Shown here: positions 58,868 to 64,000 of the stretch, piece after piece
How the letters are laid out: each line of letters opens with the position of its first letter
Numbering within the stretch: the stretch's first letter is position 1
DNA from: Candidatus Latescibacterota bacterium
Lineage (GTDB): Bacteria; Latescibacterota; CBDEFO01
DNA: 64,000 nucleotides
Assembly (NCBI GenBank): GCA_965248755.1
Contig: OZ252149.1
Coordinates: 2,976,001 to 3,040,000 of the forward strand
Direction of reading: 5' to 3'
Translations under genes and position numbers: made by a program
Notes under the pieces: generated by a model
Told to the model about the DNA's origin: nothing
What the model saw: the letters and a program-made list of their open reading frames with translations, nothing else
The model's database searches: none

Positions 58868-58937
58868 AATATAAGACAAACTCCGCATTCAGTCAAACCG
58901 CAGGATGCGTTATCTTCCGCAATCTTCCTATTTGGAG
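58868..58937 (-). promoter_or_regulatory. Promoter TTGACT-N17-TATATT with upstream 21-bp motif, for the portal/structural operon
   Basis: Shared with 44890-44940. Confidence 0.75.
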
Positions 58938-59349
58938 AAAAAAAATAGCGAGTGCGTTTAGCCCGAATAATTCACAAAACAAGCCGTGTATTAATTAAGT
59001 GATTGTATTATAGTTATGGCGTTTGACCACCTTCGTTGTCATTGCGAGCGAAGCAAAGCAATCTCGCTCTTGAATATACAGATTGTAGGGGCGAGGTCCA
59101 CTCGCCCCAAGGTCGGCATAATCCCACCTCTACCTTTAATCTAGATTGCCTATTTGGAGGCTTCAAAATTCCCGAATATCCGACTAATTCGCTAAATGCA
59201 ACCTTTCCGAATAACAATACGTGGTTGAAATAGTCCTTGACTTATCAATTTGATGTTCGTATTATCTTCCTGATGATTGTTTATATCGTTCTGTGTATAT
59301 CATAGTGATTTACAACGCCTTACGGGGCTTAAACTAAGGAGGGTAAGAA

Positions 59350-60321
59350 ATGAACAAAGTCTCTTTCATAACCTCAGCTTGCGTGTTTGTGATCTCTCTA
59401 TCCCTGGCAAGCTGCGGAGGAGAAAAAGAACAGGGTGCTACGGAGTCGAATCGTCAGGAAGACGCTGCAAAAGCGATTTCCGAAGCCAGAGCGCATGTGG
59501 AGAGGAAAGAATATAAGGAGGCCTTGGCGGCCTGCACTCGTGCGATAGAAGCCGACCCAGATGCGTATGACGCCTATACGATACGATGGGCGACTCTCGC
59601 AGAACTATGGGGGACTCGCGCACAAATTATGGCTCCAGTTGGAGCGCGCCACAAAATAACAATCTTGGCTCCACCACCTGAAGCGCGCAAAAAAATAAGT
59701 AGTAAAATCGATGCGTTCCTCCAATCGCACAAAGAAACACCAAAGGCGTTGGATACAGCCTATTGGGGCTATATGTTTCTTCCCGGGTATGGGCGCACCG
59801 AGAATGTCCCGGAAGATCTATTTACCAGGATGCTGCAATATCCCAAAACCGAGGCCTGGCTTTCAGCATTGTTGGGTTTAGCAGAGAAGAGCCTTAAGCC
59901 GCGTGAAAAATGGGACTATTACCGGCGCATAATTGATGAAGCTACGGCCGAGGATTTCCCTGAACTTTCTTTATGGTATGCCGAGGCGCATACAAAAATG
60001 CTGAAATTAGCAGAGCAGGAAAGTGCGCTGGCAGACGGAGAGTACCTCGATGAACTAATAGACCGCTACCTACAAGCGCATCTGACCTATAGTCGAAGCG
60101 CAAAACAGTGGTCCGGAGTGGCTTACACTGAAGCTGTCAAATGGCGTCTCAAGTTCGGAATCAAACTGGACAAGGCGTCGGAAGCGTTGGAACAAGCCGA
60201 GAATAGCCTAAAGGAACAAGAGACGCAAGAATGGCTTAAACAGATAGGTGGGAATCCGGAGGAAGTCCAGAAAAGCCTTGCACACCTGCGCGGTGAAATC
60301 TCCCAGCAACAGGGGCGCTAA
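59350..60321 (+). CDS. TPR-containing lipoprotein
   Basis: LASC lipobox; EA....RAIE.DP TPR pattern. Confidence 0.75.
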   Translation: MNKVSFITSACVFVISLSLASCGGEKEQGATESNRQEDAAKAISEARAHVERKEYKEALAACTRAIEADPDAYDAYTIRWATLAELWGTRAQIMAPVGARHKITILAPPPEARKKISSKIDAFLQSHKETPKALDTAYWGYMFLPGYGRTENVPEDLFTRMLQYPKTEAWLSALLGLAEKSLKPREKWDYYRRIIDEATAEDFPELSLWYAEAHTKMLKLAEQESALADGEYLDELIDRYLQAHLTYSRSAKQWSGVAYTEAVKWRLKFGIKLDKASEALEQAENSLKEQETQEWLKQIGGNPEEVQKSLAHLRGEISQQQGR

Positions 60322-60356
60322 AGTTTTGTAGAGCAAAGGGACTGGATAGCTGGGTT

Positions 60357-60461
60357 TGATTGAAAAAAGTACTTGTTGATAAATATAGAAGTGATAATAT
60401 TAATTCACTAATAAGATTGTATCGAAATATAATCCCTTATGAATGTGATATGGGGAATGTC
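60357..60461 (+). mobile_element. Diverged IS1380 right-end remnant
   Basis: Aligns to about 33852-33954. Confidence 0.75.
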
Positions 60462-60645
60462 AAATTAATACTCTCTTCGAGGTATTGTACTTTGTTTTCA
60501 ATTTGAAAAAAGCCAAAAAAGCTTGGATGTTTTCTCTATCTCAGGTAACTATAGTATGACAGTGATATTAAGTTCTCATAGTATTTCTAGAATGATTGAT
60601 AAATACTAAATAGTTGTGAATTATATATTATATCATCAAAAAGGC

Positions 60646-60675
60646 TTGACAAAAGGGTTGGAATTGTAGTATAAT
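60646..60675 (+). promoter_or_regulatory. Consensus sigma70 promoter
   Basis: TTGACA-N18-TATAAT upstream of 60774. Confidence 0.65.
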
Positions 60676-60773
60676 GTTAGCGATTACAGATGTGATCGAG
60701 AAGTCGTATATAATCTAGTAGAGGAAAAAGGATTTCTTATGAATTAGTAACCCTATAAAAGAAGGAGGGTTCG

Positions 60774-61442
60774 ATGATTCGCAAAATTTATTTCATAGGA
60801 TTATTGATGCTGGTAATGTTTCTTGGAGTAGTGCAGGGAGATGAATTGCCGGTGTTGGGTTTATATGAAGGTGATAACTTAGTATTTCTTTCAGTAGTAA
60901 ATGAGGGTGAATTGACTTTAAAGAGGGTTGGGGTGGAAGTAAGAGCGAAAGATCTACCCGAGTGGGTTCAGATCGGAGAACTAGTGAAGCGGATAGATAT
61001 ACCTAAAAGGTCTACTGGAACAGAAAAGCTGATGATTCCCATGTATGTGGAGGGAACAGTGGTGGGTGAAGCCTTCGAGCTACCAATAGTGTTGAGCGCT
61101 GAAGATGGCCGTACGTGGACGTTTGAGGTGTTGGTAGAGATTAAAAAGGCTCGTCCAAAGTCCTTCGCGCTTATGCAGAACGCACCTAATCCGTTCAATC
61201 CAGTCACATTGATTCAGTACACATTGGGAGGGAATCAAACTGTTCCCACGCAATTGAATATATTCAACATTATGGGGCAGAAGATACGGACATTGGTCAA
61301 TGAGCCCCAGGCGCCAGATTATTACTCCGTCATATGGAATGGCTTGGATGATCACGAACAAAAGGTCGCCACCGGAGTGTATTTCTTCAAACTAGCTGCA
61401 GGAAAATTTGTGAAGACAAGGAAAATGGTTTTGCTAAAATAA
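60774..61442 (+). CDS. Secreted protein with T9SS type-A/FlgD-like C-terminal domain
   Basis: QNAPNPFNP.T.I.Y...WNG.D.....ATGVYF. Confidence 0.85.
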   Translation: MIRKIYFIGLLMLVMFLGVVQGDELPVLGLYEGDNLVFLSVVNEGELTLKRVGVEVRAKDLPEWVQIGELVKRIDIPKRSTGTEKLMIPMYVEGTVVGEAFELPIVLSAEDGRTWTFEVLVEIKKARPKSFALMQNAPNPFNPVTLIQYTLGGNQTVPTQLNIFNIMGQKIRTLVNEPQAPDYYSVIWNGLDDHEQKVATGVYFFKLAAGKFVKTRKMVLLK

Positions 61443-63440
61443 ATGAAAAGGAGGATTAGCATGGATTGGAAGATCAGTATAGTAGCTTTGGCGCTTGCAC
61501 TTTCGTTCCCTTTTTCAGCCTGGTCCGATGTTGTAGGAACAACTTACTCCACCATTTTGGTTGAAGATCCAAAGATTACTTTAAATGGGGATTTAGCAGA
61601 CTGGGAGAAGATAGGGTTAGAGCCAGTCAATATTGAACATTTCTGGTTTGGACCCACAACAGATGCGGCAGACATTTCGGGAAACTTCCGGACTTTTGTG
61701 AGTAGGGATCACCTATATATAGGGGTTAAGGTAAGCGACGACCTGGTGTGCTCAGGCACTACATGGGGCAGAAAATGGTTTCAGGATGATGTCGTGCAGA
61801 TATCTTTTAATGGGGATCTGGACGCTGACAAGATACCGGTGTTTGAGATATGGGAGAAGGACTATTTCGATCTCAACGACGGGGAGATACAGATTGTGGC
61901 GGACGCACCGGGAAAGGTTCATCTGGAAGGTTCAGGAGTCTTTTTCTATCCCGTGACAGATCCCTACGATCAGGAGATTCCGTATACATGGGAGCTTTTA
62001 GGAGTAGAGGCAGTAGTTAAGCGTACAGATACAGGATATATAGTTGAAATGCGTATACCTAAAGAAGTATTAGGTGTGGAGCAATTCGTTCAAGGAACCC
62101 AGATCGGTTTGAATGTGCGAATTATAGATGATGATGATGGGGGAGAACATGACAATGTTTTAAGTTGGACTAGAGAAAAGGAAACCGAGGGTACGATACC
62201 CTATGGGATAGTACAGGTAGAAGCAGTTCCAGCGGCTTCCGAGTTGGTAGATTTAGTTGTTGGGGAGGTGAAAGTAGAAGAAGGTTCACAAGAGCTGTTG
62301 GTGACTATGGAGCCGCAGGAGAGCTCAGAAGTGCACGCTATTTCTGCTCTTATCTCCGAAGGAAAGGTAACTGAAGCTCAGGCCAAATTGGAGGAATGGG
62401 TCGAGATCCGTAAGGAAGATACGCAAAGAAGACGGGCGGTGTACCTTCTGGGGAGATTTTACTGGCAGTCTGGACAGTATCAGAAAGTGATTCAGACAAT
62501 GGAAAAACTTGTGCATCTTTCATCATCAGAGATTGTAAGATGCCAGGCTCTACAGGTGATGGCTAATGCGTATGATGCCTTGGGGGAATATCAAAAAGCT
62601 ATTACGAGTTGTGAGCAGATACTCAATATTGTAGACTCAGGTTCATATGTGGCAAAGTATGCGACCGTAGAAATGGGGCTATATAAGATCAAACTGGGAG
62701 AATATGAGCAAGGCTTGCGGATGTATGAAGAGGCCTGGAAGGAAAGAGAAGGTTCTCGACTATTAGCGTTTGGAGCTGCTTATCAAGGACAGGGTATATA
62801 TAAGGATGCCATTGCCCAATATGAGAGTGATGTCGTACAAACAGTGCATCCCAGGATCAAACTGGTAGGACTTGAGCAAGTGGCGAAGATGTATGAAGAG
62901 TCTTGGGAGGTTTTGGAGCGTAGAAAAGATTCCCCTGGGCAAAGCTGGGTATCAATTCTAATGGCTTTAGTGTACGTTTATGAACAACAAGGAAGACATA
63001 GGGAGGCCATTGCCCAATATCAGAAAGTAATGGAGCTATATCCCAACCTTGAAGCATTGGCTCAATATTCGATAGGCCACAATTACTGGTTACTGTTTGA
63101 AGTTGATCGTGCTATCGTGGAGTTCGAAAAGGTACTGGATAATTATGCTGACGTTATTTCTAAAGAGTACCTTGCTAATACACAAAATTTCTTGGAACAA
63201 CTCTATGCTATTAGAAGAAATTATCCCGGAGAGGAATGGAGGGTAGTCGGAGAAGCTTTGGATATGGTGAATGCTGGCAGATATGAGGAAGCTGCAACCA
63301 TATATAAAGATCTCCTTGACCATGTTCATGAGGGCCTCAATGGCCGACTCATTCGCAATGTAGCTGATATGTTCCGCAAACGGGGAGTGTTTAAGGAAGT
63401 CTTCTCCGAATTCCTGGAATTGCAGGGAATTGAACAGTAA
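61443..63440 (+). CDS. CBM9/DOMON-like sugar-binding domain + TPR protein
   Basis: LNGDLADW, LYIGVKVSDD, GYIVEMRIP; C-terminal TPRs. Confidence 0.8.
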   Translation: MKRRISMDWKISIVALALALSFPFSAWSDVVGTTYSTILVEDPKITLNGDLADWEKIGLEPVNIEHFWFGPTTDAADISGNFRTFVSRDHLYIGVKVSDDLVCSGTTWGRKWFQDDVVQISFNGDLDADKIPVFEIWEKDYFDLNDGEIQIVADAPGKVHLEGSGVFFYPVTDPYDQEIPYTWELLGVEAVVKRTDTGYIVEMRIPKEVLGVEQFVQGTQIGLNVRIIDDDDGGEHDNVLSWTREKETEGTIPYGIVQVEAVPAASELVDLVVGEVKVEEGSQELLVTMEPQESSEVHAISALISEGKVTEAQAKLEEWVEIRKEDTQRRRAVYLLGRFYWQSGQYQKVIQTMEKLVHLSSSEIVRCQALQVMANAYDALGEYQKAITSCEQILNIVDSGSYVAKYATVEMGLYKIKLGEYEQGLRMYEEAWKEREGSRLLAFGAAYQGQGIYKDAIAQYESDVVQTVHPRIKLVGLEQVAKMYEESWEVLERRKDSPGQSWVSILMALVYVYEQQGRHREAIAQYQKVMELYPNLEALAQYSIGHNYWLLFEVDRAIVEFEKVLDNYADVISKEYLANTQNFLEQLYAIRRNYPGEEWRVVGEALDMVNAGRYEEAATIYKDLLDHVHEGLNGRLIRNVADMFRKRGVFKEVFSEFLELQGIEQ

Positions 63441-63569
63441 GACTAACAATTATATTGGGTTAGATTCCCGGCAGAAGAGAAGAGTATTGTCTTTATGAAC
63501 CACAAGTCCATATTGAGCAGAACACCATAAGGTTGGTAACCTTTAAGTGGTATGGGAAGGGAGATAAAG

Positions 63570-64000
63570 ATGAAGCCAAGAGAAATTATAATTCTGTTTG
63601 TCATGTTAATAGTAACAGCGTTTTTGGGGAGCAGTACTTATGCCTGGCATGACAATATTCATGCGTTACAGGGTCAGTATACGAATAGGGGTATAAAAGT
63701 GCCAGATGCTAGTAAATTCTGTTCTACTTGTAGTGCTACATTTTTCAATTCTAATGAGATTAACAGTAACGACGGTAATCCCGACTTCTACTATGATGCA
63801 ACTTTCTGGAGCGATATGGACTATGCCCGTGTGCTGAACGGGCAGGTTGATCTAAATAGTGCTTACAGAACTCCAGACCATGATATTGATGAGGGTGGGG
63901 TGCTAAACAGTCTCCATCAATATGGTAATGGCGCAGATGTAGGCGCAGTAAATGGAAAGGCTTGGAGTGCAATGTCCGGTGATGAAAGGGATGACTTCAA
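63570..64000 (+). CDS. Secreted protein with peptidase M15A-like motif (truncated by window end; absent from ORF track)
   Basis: MKPREIIILF signal peptide; NSAYRTPDH....GG..NSLHQYG.GAD. Confidence 0.65.
   Translation, partial: MKPREIIILFVMLIVTAFLGSSTYAWHDNIHALQGQYTNRGIKVPDASKFCSTCSATFFNSNEINSNDGNPDFYYDATFWSDMDYARVLNGQVDLNSAYRTPDHDIDEGGVLNSLHQYGNGADVGAVNGKAWSAMSGDERDDF

Larger units (their letters stand above)
42073..58937 (-). mobile_element. Podovirus-like prophage remnant or domesticated virion module (~17 kb)
   Basis: Co-oriented portal-to-lysis genes plus primase-helicase and xis; no terminase, integrase or att sites found. Confidence 0.85.

Noticed and set aside
42073..58937. Complete inducible prophage or canonical capsid-forming PICI
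   Set aside because: No terminase, integrase, repressor or att repeats found; it has lysis and nozzle genes that cf-PICIs lack
1..64000. tRNA, rRNA or tmRNA genes, including as an integration site
   Set aside because: No cloverleaf or rRNA-like sequence recognised by eye; tRNAscan-SE or Infernal would be decisive

Overview
Bacterial genomic window, probably from an FCB-superphylum lineage such as Latescibacterota or KSB1 (inferred from PorV-like barrels, YPNPFN/FlgD-type sorting domains and dockerin-like motifs). The first ~38 kb is a mosaic of metabolic genes (FkbM methyltransferase, acyl-CoA dehydrogenase, rlmN, CaiC-like ligase, class IV aminotransferase) and secreted repeat proteins (FG-GAP, NHL, IPT/TIG). 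It also holds a tandem array of five DOMON/CBM9-like paralogues with variable loops and a C-terminal TWGRIK motif, a solitary integron-like Kelch cassette, and three 1626-bp IS1380 copies that appear identical. Two of the IS1380 copies show nested one-ended (ISEcp1-style) capture of host DNA, supported by target-site duplications. From 42 to 59 kb lies a phage-derived unit with xis-like HTH, prim-pol/SF3 helicase, lysis genes, nozzle, adaptor, major capsid, cement, glycosyltransferase, scaffold and portal. Its ORFs are intact but no terminase, integrase, repressor or ejection proteins are recognisable, its spacers are filled with host REP-like repeats, and both operons share the same promoter boxes and a 21-bp upstream motif. 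It is a candidate domesticated capsid or GTA-like system. No tRNA, rRNA, CRISPR array or reverse transcriptase was seen. All protein calls come from motif recognition by eye, not database searches.
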